From contig NC_067401.1 in NCBI RefSeq assembly GCF_016432865.1, positions 37,200,001 through 37,264,000 on the forward strand: a stretch of DNA of 64,000 bases. The letters run 5' to 3'. Position numbers and translations under genes: made by a program. The notes under the pieces were generated by a model. That model did not search any database and was not told the DNA's origin. It worked only from the letters and a program-made list of their open reading frames with translations. The DNA is from Antechinus flavipes. Taxonomy: Eukaryota. Positions 62,669-64,000 of the stretch are shown here, one piece after another (within the stretch, counting starts at the first letter, position 1; every line of letters starts with the position of its first letter).

Positions 62669-62919
62669 AAGGATATGGACCAAGCTAAGGAATTCCACAT
62701 TCAGATGCAATCACCGCAGATCCCAGCCTTTCTGGGTTGTTTTAATCAATTAAATTTAATTTATGTAAATTATTGGTTGGCAGTTTTGTTATTTATTGGT
62801 ACTAGTTGCACTTGGAAGGACACTTGTCCCTCATGGGGGTTAGACCCTAACCTTCAGTTCCTTTGAATCCTGAGGCCATCTGCTGGATTCCACAAATATG
62901 TGTTGGATAAAGAATTCTG

Positions 62920-62925
62920 AATAAA
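62920..62925 (+). terminator. Poly(A) signal of chemokine 5
   Basis: AATAAA after an AU-rich 3'UTR paralogous to the other genes. Confidence 0.7.
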
Positions 62926-64000
62926 CCTTTTTCAAGCCATATGTTTTCTGTGTATTTTTGGTTTTCTCAGGAGAAATAGGATTGTCCAGGTGGAGTTCCT
63001 GAATTATCATACTAGAAAAGGGGAAATGATTTTCGTAGCATTTGTTCTGAATGAAAAAAAATTGGTGGTTGAAATGTATTACCATCTCCTTTTGATTCAG
63101 CATGTTCAGTGGCTCCCCAATGTCTAATCTATATCGAGAGACATAGGTTCCCAGAATAAGGATTGCTAATCCTTCCATAGTTTGGCCTCTAATGCGATGT
63201 TCAATTCTGTGCACCATAGCTTAGAAAGATATTGGGTTACCAATAGTGTTTAAAGGATAGTCATCAGAAAGAAGAAAGGTCCAGAGTTCCTGTCACTTAA
63301 GGGTGAGTCAAGGATGGCTAATGAAGAAAAGAATGAATTCATGGCAGTTATGGTAATGATACTGAAGAGCTATCATGAGGAAGAAGGTCAGACTTGTAGT
63401 GTTTGTGCCCAAATGAGCAATGGATAGAAATGACAAGGACGTAGAGGGATAATAATAGGATATACCTCCCACTAATTAGAACTTTCCAAAACTGAAACCA
63501 GATGCCTCATATGGCAGTTGGTTTATCTCCTTGGAGGTCATTAAACAAAGATCAGGTGACCAATTGTAGAGGAAGCTCTAGTTAGCTGTGTCTGAAATTA
63601 GATGTCTGGTGGGTTCCCTTCCATGTCTCCAATCCTATGATTTTTCTGATGTCATCCGGGAACTGTCAGAAAATAGTGTATATGTAAGGGATATGCTCAG
63701 GGCACAATGGAAAATCAGAGTCATTCAGGAAAAAAAAATGAGGGAAGAAGTCATCAAAATGGGAATTATTTCTCATGGCAAAACAGCAGAAAAAAGTGTT
63801 GCATTTAGTCAGAATAATTGGGTCCAAATCCTGTTTTCACTATATGAGTAATCATGTGCAGCTTAGTTAAGCTGGGCTTCTATATAGATTCAGTGTATTT
63901 AATATTAATTTAACAAGTACTTCCTTTAATGTTGGAGGAATATCTACTAAAATGGCTAGTTTTGATTTAGATTCAGTAGGTGGGAATTCTTATCCTAGCT

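Noticed and set aside
1-64000. CRISPR arrays, tRNA or rRNA genes, prokaryotic operons
   Set aside because: None seen; the DNA is mammalian and tRNA-like boxes belong to SINEs.

Overview
Marsupial (probably dasyurid, given WSINE1-type SINEs and a marsupial L1 subfamily) genomic DNA covering a CC-chemokine (MIP-1/CCL3-CCL4 group) cluster. The six-frame ORF track misses the real genes because they are spliced. By hand I reconstruct five intact 3-exon CC chemokines: one on the minus strand (8195-9779) and four on the plus strand (35652-36975, 48925-50201, 55614-56885, 61385-62668). There is also an orphan promoter plus exon 1 (43819-43891), a probable decayed exon 1 (~1690-1840) and four inverted promoter remnants. 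The plus-strand genes lie in a tandem array of ~6.7 kb units. The most unexpected element is a long, heavily decayed endogenous bornavirus-like L-polymerase element (EBLL, ~29117-34740). It covers roughly the N-terminal half of the viral RdRp, is split by MIR, L2, L1 and CR1/L3 insertions, and ends ~0.9 kb upstream of a chemokine start codon. That call rests on hand alignment to the BoDV-1 L sequence recalled from memory and needs tBLASTn/HMM confirmation. Other content: three young L1 insertions with TSDs (one with an intact 1276-aa ORF2), a ~1 kb inverted duplication with a templated junction, a U6 retrocopy, LTR-like elements and a 369-N assembly gap. Boundaries of old repeats are approximate.
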